Positions 1 through 12,681 of a DNA stretch of 64,000 nucleotides are shown here, in pieces. Under the pieces are notes generated by a model that did not search any database, was not told where the DNA came from, and saw only the letters and a list, made by a program, of their open reading frames with translations. Position 1 is the first letter of the stretch. The number at the start of each line of letters is the position of its first letter. The DNA is taken from the NCBI RefSeq assembly GCF_006345805.1, contig NC_042997.1, forward strand, positions 184,822,001-184,886,000, in the 5' to 3' direction. The translations under genes and the position numbers were made by a program. The stretch is from Octopus sinensis (lineage: Eukaryota).

Positions 1-56
<56 letters not shown>
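1..56. repeat. (GT)n microsatellite
   Basis: Perfect GT dinucleotide run at the window start. Confidence 0.98.
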
Positions 57-57
<1 letters not shown>

Positions 58-1433
58 TGCATTCATACTCACACAGTCAAACATACCTACTTACACAGAA
101 ACATCACAAGTCTATGTTTAGTTCGACTTCCGCCGATTATTCAGTTTCAAATCTCTTTTAAAGGCCTTTTCTTCACCTCATATCACTACTAAAATAGAAT
201 ACATGAATATTCATACCTACATACAGACAGGCATCATACGTGCATGACTACATACCTAAACATGTTTGCGTGTCTATTTGCCACAGTGTTAGCGTGTGCT
301 GTTAATATGCGTCTGTAAAGAATACATACGTTGCTCTATGTACGCAAACACCCGTTGTCAGCTTGTCAAATATCAAAACGTTTAAGGTTACTATATTGAA
401 GTCAAAGAATGGTAAATATACAGACATGAAAGCCTCGCTTCTCCATAACATGCTAAACCATCGTAGCGAGTTGGTATGGTTGGATGAAATTAGTGTGGTT
501 GATATTTCGCCCGAATTGTTGGAAGTTAATAATACAGACAACTTTTTGAACAGGATAGGCGTTCCCGAGAGACAAAATTTGGGAGGCGGAATAATTTTGC
601 AAACATTTTAGAGAGAATTTGCGTGTTAAAAAATATAAAAATAAGCGTTGGCAGGATATGAGACAGCAGGTGACTGGCAATGAGGCTTGTATGAACTTAA
701 AGCGTATGAATTGCAAGGGATGTTTTAATTTGGTTGTTAGCATTTTGAGAAAAAACCAATGCCTAGAGACAATTCAGTTCATCCTCGTTTGAGATATCCG
801 TTAAAACTGGGCGAAGTTAGTGTATTTATTAAAATTATTGCAGGTTAATGTATGGAAAAAACATATTTGTTAGAGAATCTTTCCGGAGGCGTTACAGAAC
901 TAAAAAAAATAAAGAGAAGGGATGGGTGAAAATTATTTACTTAAGTTACTTGAGAGAACGATAGGAAAAGATCGGAAGATCTTTTAGTGTGTAATTCGGC
1001 ATAATAAACTATTTCCTCCTATCAAAGCTATGAGGCTGCTATATATAGGGAGCCTCTGTAGAACCAGCAACCAAAAATACATTTGTGAAAAAAAAACAAA
1101 CACATTGACCACATAATAATAGATAAACTATAGCTAAAACATAGCCGGGCGTTTATAACTGAAATGCTACAAATGAAAGATTTGCTGATGGATGAGGATA
1201 ACCTAGGCCAAATAACAAGAAAACCACTAGCAACAAATGTATACAGCCTTATCCAGGTTTCTCATAAAAATTAAATGGCATAATATTTTAATAATAAACT
1301 AAGTTTATTTTTATGTTTTATTTTTTTCCCTAGTCATGGCTGTTAGGGGTTGGAAATCTAAAAGTGATTAAGTAAACGATTACTTTCCTAAGTGTGCTGC
1401 ATATATTTAGACAATTTAGAATCAATAAAATGA

Positions 1434-1490
<57 letters not shown>

Positions 1491-1551
1491 ATATATATAA
1501 TATATATATATAATATATATATAATAATATATATATATATATATATATATA

Positions 1552-1594
<43 letters not shown>

Positions 1595-1605
1595 TATATA
1601 TATAC

Positions 1606-1831
1606 GCGAGAAAGAAGCAACAAGAATGGATAGGTTTTTAGTACAATCGTTTCATACAAGGACATACAATGAAACGATTGTACTAAAAGCCTATCCATTC
1701 TTGTTGCTTCTTTCTCGCTTATAATCACCCCACATTACTGTATTGTTAAAACAGTATAGTTTTTTTTGGTGCATCTAAGTTAGGTACCATATTCAAGTAA
1801 ATTCATTTAAATTAACTTGAATCTTTATTGC

Positions 1832-1835
<4 letters not shown>
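1606..1835. mobile_element. Fold-back element in (TA)n (Penelope-pLTR-like remnant); 50-bp inverted repeat 1606-1655/1669-1718
   Basis: Arms match 49/50 with a 13-nt loop. One arm extends ~115 bp further. (TA)n on both sides. The PLE assignment is inference from architecture. Confidence 0.6.
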
Positions 1836-1868
<33 letters not shown>

Positions 1869-2069
1869 TGTCAACCTTAGGGCTAGCAGAATATATCAAA
1901 CAGGATACATAAAACGAACGCAGAAACAATTTTATTTGCAGTAATTTATGAACGTGAAGTAATAATGTACAGTTTACAAATTAGCACAGACTTAGTGTGC
2001 TTAAATCAGCTGTACCAAGAGGGAATATATATATATATATATATGTATACACTCACGCACACACACACA

Positions 2070-2100
<31 letters not shown>

Positions 2101-3563
2101 CACACACACACACACATATATATAATATATATATATGTATGTATTATTATTTGCGTTTTATTCCATTAGCAATTAGGTTTACTATTAATGTTATTGGTTA
2201 CTATGATAGACATAAAACTATACTTTTGACTCATTTAATTCGTTTTACCCCTTGAGAACAAAAGCCAAAATTCACATTTGTGAACTCATAAAATAAATGA
2301 CGTTACTAGATTATGCAAATGTTTCATCTGACGATTCTGAAGATCAACCACCATAATACATTTATAGCTAGCTATGATTAACACGAATACACTCACATAC
2401 ACAGATACATACACAGAAGCAAACACGCAACACACTTCCTTCGGCAGCGCTGCTACTGAAGTATCCTCATAAAGTCTAAAGGTAACCAATTGTGGCATAC
2501 CAAATATGAAACTCATAATAATGCTGAAGCCAGTAAAATTTATGGTTGACTTATGCACACAAAGGGATAAAAAGTCATGGCCATGTAGCCTAATTTTGAA
2601 ACATTGAGATAGTGATATACGAGTTCAAAGTTTATTCCACCAACCCAAGCGAAAAAGACTTCAGCTAGATACACAAACATACTACTTTCTTCGGAAATAC
2701 TGTGAAGAGTACAGCAACATGACTGAATACATAGTGCAAAATTATCCGTTCACGATCATGAGCAAGCTACATCCTAGTTTCACGTGAAAAACCTAAATAT
2801 CGACCACTCAGCTTGAAGCCATACCGTGAACATAATCTCGAATGCTCTTGAGATTCGTGCACTTTCCTCGTGAGATAAGCAGTGTCCGTGAATTGCTAAG
2901 AGCAGAGGTTCAAGACTGCCACAGAGAACACACATCTCACTTCACACCATAAACCTATTAGGAAATGTTTCTGGTGGCATTTTAAGCAGGACATATGTTG
3001 ACTCCAACCAAGCAAATCAAAGAAAAATCTTCCAGAATTTCGGCATTCTCTCATCTTTCGAATGGCCGAGTAAATACACTTAAGTCGCTCTCTGAAATAT
3101 TACCTATTGAGGATTTGAGAATTTAGCTTTCCCTTAATAAAATATGTTTTTAAATGTTCGCAACTTTGCTTTGTTAATACTATAGGCAGCCAACCTGATC
3201 TCACACCACATTTAATACTGCAGCGACATCAATTCCGACGATGATACAAAACACACTCTACAGAGAAGAGGAAAAACATTAAACTGAATCAAAGACACAA
3301 TAAGTACTTAAATTACGCTCGTAATATTTTAGCAAAACATCCCTGTTTCACAAGTAGAAACAAAAATTCTACCTACCTACATTATCACTTGACTTAATTA
3401 TATGAAGGAGATTGAATTAGATCTATCTGGATGGCTTACGCTATTTGCTGTCGGGTGGATCAAGCAAACTTTACGGAAACAGTTCAAATTGTACATCCAT
3501 CTCAAACACTCTATACACAAGCATATACGCACACACATACATATATATATATACATATATATA

Positions 3564-3711
3564 CGACGGGCTTCTTTCAGTTTCCGTCTACCAAATCCGG
3601 TCGGCCTGAGGCTATAGTAGAAGACACTTGTTCAAGGGGCCACGCATGGGACTGAACTTGGGACCATGTGGTCGGTAAGCAAGCTACCTACCACACAACC
3701 ACTCCTACGCC
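3564..3711 (-). mobile_element. SINE family A, 5' half (tRNA-like head plus CORE-like block)
   Basis: Reverse complement of GGCGTAGGAGTGG..GTGTGGTA..GTTCAGTCCC..CAAGTGTCTTCTACTATAGCCTC..GGAAACTGAAAGAAGCCCGTCG, shared with many copies in the window. Confidence 0.9.
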
Positions 3712-5613
3712 TATATATTTAAGTTTATTTTTATGTATCAATGCAATTGAAGACAGAGAAAAAGCAGATGGTGATATAAAGACATTTCAAGAGTTATTAC
3801 TTTTCCATCAGCACGATATCCAATCCCTCAACTTTCACTGAACACATTGTTTCAATACTGGCTTTTTCAATGGTGTAACACTATGTAACACTATAGGATA
3901 GACTAATTTACATATTAAGCACATTCCTGGAAGCTGATTTCTGTCTGAGTCTACACACACACACACACACTCACGCATACATGTCTGCTTATGCAAATTA
4001 AAATTATAACTACATAACCAAATTTCCCGCCAAGATGCTATCTTTAAAATAGCATGTTAGCGCCAGCACATACATTCATACATATATACAAAAGCACACA
4101 CGTGTGCATACATGTGTGCACATATGCATATGTACGTATATGTGCGTGCGTATGTGTGTGTGTGTTTGTATGTATATAAGTGTTTGTAAGTATGCATAAA
4201 CAAAAGTTTGGGGGCAAAACATATAAATGAAGTGAGGGAGAGGAAGAGAAAGTGAGAAATTTGCTACAAATACATATGTATATGGACTGTAAAGATGTAA
4301 CTATATTCACCTCCCACTCTTCTAAAAGCAAATTGCTTCCACGAACCCAAGCGCATCTTCAGCAATTTTATGTTCAATCAAAATGTGGCCCCAGTTCAAA
4401 TACATAATATTTGTCTTGACAAAATAGTGGTTTGATTTTTACAAACATCATCAACGCACCGGATGACTTACGCAGACCGTACTATAAGTGTTCGACTACA
4501 CCTGTTTGCCTGGATTTTCCTTTTTTTTAAGCAATGAATACGGCTAGAAAAATATTGCAATGAAAACAACACTAAATAATAATGGTGAACTCTGTGAGCT
4601 TGCTACAATCTTAAGTCAACATATGTTATTTTCCTCTCAACTGATTACAAGAGAAAAATGTCCCCCGCTGTATCGAGTGAATTATAGAAATTTTTTTCGA
4701 TGTGATGTTATAACCATAAATTTGATGTGAATTCTATTAGGCGTAGATGTTTCCTTGCAATACTTTCAGTACAGTCTTATTGAGCACTGGTGTGTTTCGG
4801 GAAGAGAGAAAACTTGGGTTTATTATGAGAGAGATATAAATATATGGCTGACCCATTTTGTATATTTTTCTTAACCTGCAGCGCTAAAATTACAATTAAG
4901 TGGCTATACAAAAACTTAAAAGAGTTAAAAGCTAACTGTACTAACATGCAAGATTCCAAATGAAACAAAATTAACAGATGTTCATTAAATTTCACCGGTC
5001 TAGTGACATTTTTGAAAAGCAAAACAAACTAGCTCATAAAATGCAGATGAACCATTGTAAAATGGTTAGATATTATTTCTTTTCGCTATGAAATTGATGT
5101 GGAAATATAATTTTCCTGCAATGATTTTTATCTTAATTATGTAACACAGATTTAAAAGAGAATGATTTTAATTAATTAAACATTTTAAAATCGTGTATGA
5201 TCTTTCCTGATAGCAGCTACGAACTGCTGATATTTTAAAGTAGCATTGAAAACAAAAAAAAGATATATAGCAACAAAGAACAACGTGGCATAATGTTAGT
5301 TTTGATCAAAAGAATTTTTGAAAATTATATTAAATCATTAATTTAAGTACTTTTGATGGGAATCTAGGGAAAATGGCATTATCATGGCTGTATGCATGTA
5401 TGTATGTCTATATCTGCGTGTGTGTGAGTGTGTATGTATACATGTATATATATATATGATTTTTGATTTTTGATTTTTCCAGTTTCAGCTCATGAGCTGT
5501 GGCCATGCTGGGGCACCAATATATATATATATTTATATATATACATAAATATATATATATATATACATAAATATATATATATACACATAAATATATATAT
5601 ATACACATAAATA

Positions 5614-5646
<33 letters not shown>

Positions 5647-6960
5647 CAGATGAGGAGTTTGTGCAGGCCCTTGATGCCAAGCGCGTGAAACTAAACCTAC
5701 CATCGGCTAATGCCAAAGATCAATGGGAGGAGCAAAACAACTTGCCGCAAAACTTGATGCCTTGATAAGGAAAATTACTCTGGAACGCAAACTAGCCACA
5801 TACGGAGACGTTGTGTATGCAACCTGCAGGGACATCCTTGGAGTAAAAAAGCTAACGGAGAAGAAGCCACCTCAGAAATCCAGGCGGCAGCGCATGATGG
5901 GGCACACTAAGATTCAGAAGAATAACCTACGGAAACAACTAAAGATTGCCTCTGATACTGAGCGGCAAGGCTTGCATGAACTCTGGCAAGACTTGGATAC
6001 CAAAGATAGTGCCCATAGCAAAGCGGAAACTGAGTAAAAAAAAGAGAGTAAGCGGAAAAAAAGACGCATGACCGCTTCTTCAAAGGCCCCTTCCAATTCG
6101 TTAGGGCGCTGTTTGAGCAGCCAAAGTCTGGAACACTGACTGTTGATAAAGACGTGCTTGAACACTACCTCGAAGAAGCATGCGCACAAACCCAGAAAGA
6201 TACCCCGCTTAACATCCCTGGCCTAGTAGAACCTGGCAGACTGACAACAGCATTCAACGACAAGCCACCCACGTTGAAGGAGATGAGGAAGGTGGTCGAG
6301 AAAGCCAGAGCCAAGTCCGCGCCGGGTTCTAACGGAATATCGTACCTTCTGTACAAGAAATGCCCCCAAAATCCTGGCATGGCTCCACAGAATGTTATGG
6401 TCAGCCTGGAAGAACAAGAAGGACAGTGCCCAATGGATGATGGCTGACGGTGTCTACATCTCCAAAGAACAGAACTTATCATACACCATCAACCAGTTCA
6501 GATCCATCTTACTCCTGAACGTCGAAGGGAAGATATTGTTCTCTGTCATGGCTGCCAGACTGACCAGCTACCTGCTGGAAAGCAGCTATCTGGATGTGTC
6601 TGTCCAGAAGGGAGGCATACCAGGAATACCCGACTACCTAGAACACGTCACGATGATTTGGGATGCAATCCAGAAGGCCAAGGCAGGAAAGAAAGACCTT
6701 CACGTCATATGGCTTGACCTTACCAACGTGTATGGATCTGTGCCACAAGAGATGAATCAGATGTCTCTCCAAGCGTACAACGTGATGCCCTACATCCCAG
6801 AAATGTTGAAAAGCTACTTTGTCGATGCGGCTCTCTAAAAAGGAGTACACAACCAGCTGGATGTGCCATCTTCCCCACCCTTTTCGTGTTGGCAATGGAA
6901 GTCCTATTGAGGGCAGCTTCTGGTGGTGCAAAACCGGCTGACCTCGGCAATGGCCACCAG
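5647..6960 (+). mobile_element. Degraded HERO-like (RLE-class) non-LTR retrotransposon fragment, pre-RT region and RT N-terminal motifs
   Basis: Frameshifted ORFs give RAKSAPGSNGISYLLYKKCP, QFRSILLLNVEGKILFSV, SVQKGGIPGIPDYLEH, WLDLTNVYGSVP and, in another frame, GCAIFPTLFVLAMEVLLRAA. The QKGGxPG..LEH signature resembles HERO-clade RT. Ends before the YxDD motif. Confidence 0.8.
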
Positions 6961-6967
6961 ACACATC

Positions 6968-7023
6968 GGACCGACCAAAGCCTTGTGAGCGGATTTGCTT
7001 GATGGAAATTGAAAGAAGCTGTC
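6968..7023 (+). mobile_element. SINE family A internal fragment
   Basis: CCGACCAAAGCCTTGTGAG.GGATTTG..GATGGAAA.TGAAAGAAGC matches family A. Confidence 0.75.
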
Positions 7024-7048
7024 CAATTAATACATACGTGTATAGATA

Positions 7049-7103
<55 letters not shown>

Positions 7104-7235
7104 TGTGCGTGTATTTATTTATTCGCATTTTCTTAACCAGAATGCTTCGTGCACGTGGAGGATACCAAATAGATGTAAGTAAATAAATATATATGTGTGT
7201 GTGTGTGTAGATATATATATATATACATATATATA

Positions 7236-7386
7236 AAATTATAATTTAGGGTATCAAAGAGATACCGCCACGCCGGAAATAGCAGCCAAATGCTGACTGT
7301 ATGAACATTTAATGTGGTTTTTGAGTCAGATTTTGGCTGCTATTTCCAGCGTGGCGGTATCTCTTAGATACCCTAAATTATAATTT
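7236..7386. mobile_element. Fold-back element in (TA)n; 63-bp inverted repeat 7236-7298/7324-7386
   Basis: Arms match ~59/63 with a 25-nt spacer. Contains GAAATAGCAGCCAAA, which is shared with the 55.4-kb element (GAAATAGCAGTCAAA). Confidence 0.7.
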
Positions 7387-8003
7387 ATATATATGTGTGT
7401 GTGTGTGTGTTTATGTATTTATTTATGTATGTATGCATGTATGTATTTATGTATGTATGCATGTATGTATTTATGTATGTATGCATGTATGTATTTATGT
7501 ATATAAGTATGTATGTATGTATATATATATTCACTACTCGTTACAGGTATTTTTGCTAGACATCGAGTGGAGACTTGTCTCATAATTTAGAATCAGTACA
7601 ACACCGCTATTGACGGGCACGTGGTATCATTGACACTTCTTCTGTTACCTTTTAACTCCGCAAATCTGAAAGCACAGAAATACATGCATGCGCAAACAAA
7701 ACATTATAGTCCGGGGTATTAGGAAGAACCATTAACGCTGTCACTGCGGTTGTGTTTTATATGTTATCAGCTTTTCCCATCTGACAGCTTTATTATCTCT
7801 TGGTGGTGAAAAGAACTGGCCTTTGCGTTGAGCACTTTTGTGCGCGTAGGTGTTTTCCTGTGTTCAGTGTACAAAACAATCTCATAAACACTGTTACTTA
7901 GATATAAAAATGTTTTAGAATCAGGTAACCAGGACAATGCAGGAATAAAAATACAAAGCAGTATAAAGACGAAACACTAAATATGTGCGTGTGTGGGTAT
8001 ATA

Positions 8004-8174
8004 GGCGTAGGAGTGGCTGTGTGGTAAGTAGCTTGCTTACGAAACACCTGGTTCCAGGTTCAGTCCCACTGCGTGGCACCTTGGGTGAATGTCTTCTACT
8101 ACAGCCTCGGGCTGACCAAAGCCTTGTGAGTGGATTTGATAGACGGAAACTGAAAGAAGCCCGTCGAGTATATG

Positions 8175-8217
<43 letters not shown>

Positions 8218-8440
8218 GTATGTGGGTGTGTATATGTTTGTGTCTCTGTGTTTGTCCCCCGCAACATCGCTTGACAACCGTTGCTGGTGTGTTTATGCCC
8301 CCGTAACTTAGCGGTTAGGCAATATAAACCGATAGAATAAGTAACTAGGCTTACAAAGAATAAGTCCTGGGACCAATTTTCCCGACTAAAGGCGGTGCTC
8401 CAGCATGGTCACACTCACATGACTGAAACAAGTAAAATAG
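8004..8440 (+). mobile_element. SINE family A, full length with internal microsatellite
   Basis: A-box-like TGGCTGTGTGG, B-box-like GGTTCAGTCCC, CCTTGGGTGAATGTCTT block, internal (TA)/(TATG) tract, 3' half ending GGCGGTGCTCCAGCATGG..ATGACTGAAACAAGTAAAA. Confidence 0.92.
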
Positions 8441-8494
8441 AGTGTATGTATGTGTGTGTGCGCGTGTATATATATGTGTGTGCGCGCGCGCGCG

Positions 8495-8527
<33 letters not shown>

Positions 8528-8528
8528 A

Positions 8529-8650
8529 AGGAGTGGCTATGTGGTAAGCAGCTTGCTTATCAACCACATAGTTCCTGATTCAGTCCCACTACATGGCACC
8601 TTGTAGCTTTTGAGTGGATTCGGTAGTCGGAAACTGAAAGAAACTCGTCG
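8529..8650 (+). mobile_element. SINE family A 5' part, internally deleted
   Basis: Head and GGAAACTGAAAGAAA.TCGTCG match the other copies. Confidence 0.85.
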
Positions 8651-8652
8651 TA

Positions 8653-8744
<92 letters not shown>

Positions 8745-9219
8745 TATTCTTCACATCTTACATATAAAGGTTTCCCAAAATTTTTACATAATCTTTACGT
8801 CACTAACCGTAGGTGTAGGCATAAACTTAGAATTAGTTTCAGGTGTGTGTATGTTTGCATGCACGTACATACACACACTCTCTCTCTCACACGCACGCGC
8901 GCACGCATATATGTGTGTTTCGAAACGTGGAGTAGATGAAACAGAGACAACTGAAGAAGGGGAATATTCTTTATGTTGTATGTCTCGTTTCTCTGTTTGT
9001 TTGTTTTTTGTTGTTGTTCGAAAAAAGGTTCGTTTCTATGTTTTTGTTTTTGTGTTTTCTTTTCTCATTTTGTTCAATGTTTTTTTAATGTCCTGTACCT
9101 ATATATGCATGTATATATACATATGTATATATGTACATATATGTATGTATATATTTATATATTATTTATATTATTATATGATCGAACGCCACGCATCTTT
9201 TTCCAAGTATAAAAATATT

Positions 9220-9385
9220 TTTTTATTACCCACAAGGGGCTAAACACAGAGGGGACAAACAAGGACAGACAAAGGGATTAAGTCGATTACATCGACCCCA
9301 GTGCGTAACTGGTACTTAATTTATCGACCCCGAAAGGATGAAAGGCAAAGTCGACCTCTGCGGAATTTGAACTCGGAACGTAACT
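9220..9385 (-). mobile_element. SINE family B (long-tail variant), 5'-truncated
   Basis: Reverse complement of GAGTTCAAATTCCGC.GAGGTCGACTTTGCCTTTCATCCTTTCGGGGTCGATAAATTAAGTACCAG. Tail matches the 37.7-kb copy. Confidence 0.9.
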
Positions 9386-9476
9386 ACAGATTTTCCAAGT
9401 ATATAAAGATGCCTGCATATGTGCGTCTGTGTGTGTGTGTGTGTAAGAGTGTGCATATGTGAGTGTGTGTGCTTGT

Positions 9477-9515
<39 letters not shown>

Positions 9516-10055
9516 TGCGTGTGTGTGTGCTTACGTTCATACATATATGTACATCTTATGGAAAGTGGCCGTTAAATGTTGATGGTGATAATGATAGGTA
9601 GAAATTTATAAGAAGTTAACTAAATAGCGGATGTTAGTCGTTTCTGTTTTGATTGAAAGGGTGCAGCCTAAACTCTTACTCAAGCAACGTGGCTGCTAGC
9701 TTTGATGCGGTAATAAAGTCTGGATGAGCTGTAAGCAGAACCGCCAGACATTGCTAGTGTAAATGAGAAATCTCTGTATTAATGAAATTATACCAGGTAA
9801 TGCCCATTGGACGAGGCGTACCCTCATTAAATGGTTCCTGGCAGCTAGATGCTTCTCTGTAGTCTGAGCCAGCTAGAGTAGTTAATACGTTACCGAAGAG
9901 AGAAACTGAAAATACCGCAGCTTTCGTAAACATTATCACAAAGTAAGAATTAGTTAAATATCTGAAATTGAGAGTAATAGTGTCATTAACAAATGTAAGG
10001 TACGTAATTGGACGTGTTCTGATGTTATATTTATGTGGTAAAATGTTTGTTAGTC

Positions 10056-10217
10056 GGTGCCAGTATGGTTGTGTGGTAAAGCAGCTTAATTCCAAATCAC
10101 GTGGTTTTGGGTTCAGTTCCGCTGCGTAGTAACTTGGAGAGGTGCCTTCTACTATAGCCCAAAAGCTAACCAAAGTCTTGTGAGTGGATTTGTTAGATGG
10201 AAACTGAAAGAAGCCTG
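10056..10217 (+). mobile_element. SINE family A, diverged 5' half
   Basis: GGTTGTGTGGTAAAGCAGCTT..GGGTTCAGTTCC..CTTCTACTATAGCC..GGAAACTGAAAGAAGCC. Confidence 0.85.
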
Positions 10218-10276
10218 GTATATATATATTATATATATATATATATATATACATACATGTGGATATATACACACAA

Positions 10277-10312
<36 letters not shown>

Positions 10313-10421
10313 GTGTATGTGTGTATATCCACATGTATGTATATATATATATATATATACACACATACACATATATGTATATCCACATGTATGTATGTAT
10401 ATGCATATGTATGTATATATA

Positions 10422-10492
10422 GGCGCAGGTGTGACTGTGTGGTAAGAAGCTTGCTTCCTAACTACATGGTTCCGGTTTCAGTCCCACTGCAT
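10422..10492 (+). mobile_element. SINE family A head only
   Basis: GGCGCAGGTGTGACTGTGTGGTAAGAAGCTTGCTT..GTTTCAGTCCCACTGC. Confidence 0.8.
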
Positions 10493-10539
10493 CTTACCTT
10501 AATGTCTCTGCTGAGTATGTCATGTTCATGTCTTTACAT

Positions 10540-11632
10540 GCACCTTCTATGCCTTTTATACTACAGACTACATTTCTAGTTCTACAGTTAATGCCAGGGT
10601 TAATCTTACATGTCATGCAGTTATCATTAGTGCATATGGTATTCTCAAAGGGGTACATCCTACATAGCTGTAATCTGATGGAGTTCCCTGGCTTTTTTCA
10701 ACAATCTTAATGTTGAATATGGTCTCCTTCAGAGCTTTCCTGAACCTACGGTCCAGTTCTCCATGGGCTGTGGTCTCCACAAACACCACTCCTTGATATT
10801 TATTGCTTTTATACCACGTGTTCACCCTGTTTGTTTTGTCACAAGCTCTTTGTATTCTATTCCAGTCTTTGCTTCTATATCTAGAGTAGATACCACTGGT
10901 TTCATTACATACAATGTTATCTAACTTCTTTCTAGCTCCCCTGTATACTCGAACCCTATCTTTCTGATCATATCCAGAGAACTGCATGCGCTCTGCGGTA
11001 TTTTTCTTCAGTGCTGAGGGGATGGCGTGTGGTCTTCCCCTCTGTGACCTGGTGGGGCAGGATCTACTAAGGTCATGGTCGTCTAAATGGTCACTGTCGT
11101 AGCTTAGTCTAAGTTCCTCCGTGTTGACTTCACGGAACTCTACTTCACTCTCACAGATTATTTCAATGCAATTCTCCTCAGCAAAATCTATGTCTATAGA
11201 TAGGTAGAGTGAAATTACATCCCCACTACTCACTACACGACCTATGAGGTCGTTGGAGTGGTTGCAAGTACTAATTTTACTGAGGAGGTCCTCCGTTCTC
11301 ACACAGACATCTGGGGACATTTCTATGGGAGGTCGTAATACCCGTGAGAGGTAGTAGGACAATCGGAGATATTCGCTTCACAAACTGGTCGGTTTGGTGG
11401 CCCCATAACAGGTTTTATGTAGGTTGTATGGTCTTTGCGTAGCCCCTGTATAGTGTAGGAACATCATTGTTGGATGCTTGAAAATTGTGTGCAGCCCATT
11501 TCTTAGGTTGGAATATTTTGCTCCACATTCCCGTGTGTGCATTGAGGAATTTTCTTTATGTTGGAAATCTATATGGTTGGCTGCTTCCGAAGAGAGCAGT
11601 TTACATCATTTTGATGTAATGTTTCCATTGAG

Positions 11633-11635
<3 letters not shown>
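10540..11635 (-). mobile_element. Penelope-like element remnant (RT with internal deletion, thumb/linker, start of Cys-rich linker)
   Basis: Minus-strand frames give GLRKDH..GPPNRPVCEAN, SGDVISLYLSID (RT motif DVxSLY), RMQFSGY..YRSKDW..WYK..VFVETT..KIVEKSQG, and frameshifted PFENTICTNDNCMTC..NCRTRNVV, typical of the linker preceding the PLE GIY-YIG domain. Confidence 0.75.
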
Positions 11636-11707
<72 letters not shown>

Positions 11708-12147
11708 CGTGTGTGTATGTGTGTGTGTATAAATATATATAACTGCATACATACATACATACATATATTAGTGGGGTTAGTAAGTGTGTGTAGATGTGTT
11801 TTTGTATTTATATACATATGTATCATTCTTGTCACGCAAATAAAGTATCTGAAATTGCACATCACAAGTTTGCCCAGGAATCTTGGCAGCACATAATTAT
11901 ATTTTCTCAGGTCAATGCCCCTTAACAAGACCTTCTGTATAGGTGATCAGTATATTTTGTTGTGCTCTGTCTCTTTTATTTTTTCGTTCTTACTGTTTTG
12001 TATTGCGAAGAAAGACTCCACATAGGTACATAGTCACTGCAAGCCGATATATAGATCTGACAAAAAGTAATAGCAGTTCAGTAATCCTTCAACTATCGCC
12101 GATGTTACGTTCCAAAACCGCCTCGCAATAGGTGAAAATCTCTTCTG

Positions 12148-12303
12148 GCTTTACGTTCTGAGTTCAAATGAGGCCGAAGTCGACGTTGCCTTTCATACTT
12201 TCGGGATAGTTGAAATAAGAATCAATTGAGAACTTGGGTCGATGAAATGGATTAGCTACCTCCCCAAACATTTCAAGCCATGTGCATGTTGTAGAAAGAA
12301 TTA
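12148..12303 (+). mobile_element. SINE family B, diverged
   Basis: TTACGTTCTGAGTTCAAAT..GCCGAAGTCGACGTTGCCTTTCATACTTTCGGG..GTAGAAAGAATTATT. Confidence 0.8.
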
Positions 12304-12623
12304 TTAAAAAAAAATATAAACGCCAAGTGTTGGCAGAAACAGTGTTTAGAGATAAAATTGATGATTTTAGCGACGATATTATAAAAGTTCTCCAGTTACT
12401 AATTTATTGGTGTCCGTTTCCCATTTTCTAAGTCATACACAGTGAAAGAAGAGTCAATAAGATAAAACAATATATGCTCGAAAAACCGCATTTCAAAAAG
12501 CTAAACAAGAGGGACACTCTTCACTTGTCTCTGTCTGTCTGGGTGTTTGTCTCTTTATGTGCAGACAAACACACGCACACACATATACACAGAGAGGGAG
12601 AGAGAGATACAAGTAGGCATATA

Positions 12624-12681
<58 letters not shown>

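Noticed and set aside
363-1260. Purine-rich stretch with an 82-aa ORF, possibly a decayed LINE
   Set aside because: No recognisable protein motif could be read
1867-2023. TGTCA-starting piece between (TA)n tracts, possible LTR fragment
   Set aside because: No second terminus, PBS/PPT or second copy in the window
8004-8080. SINE heads as tRNA genes
   Set aside because: A/B-box-like motifs present, but no complete cloverleaf, and they are always fused to SINE bodies
9754-9960. VFSVSLFGNVLT in a minus-strand ORF resembles GPCR TM1
   Set aside because: No following GPCR motifs or clear splice context, and the ORF is largely SINE and microsatellite
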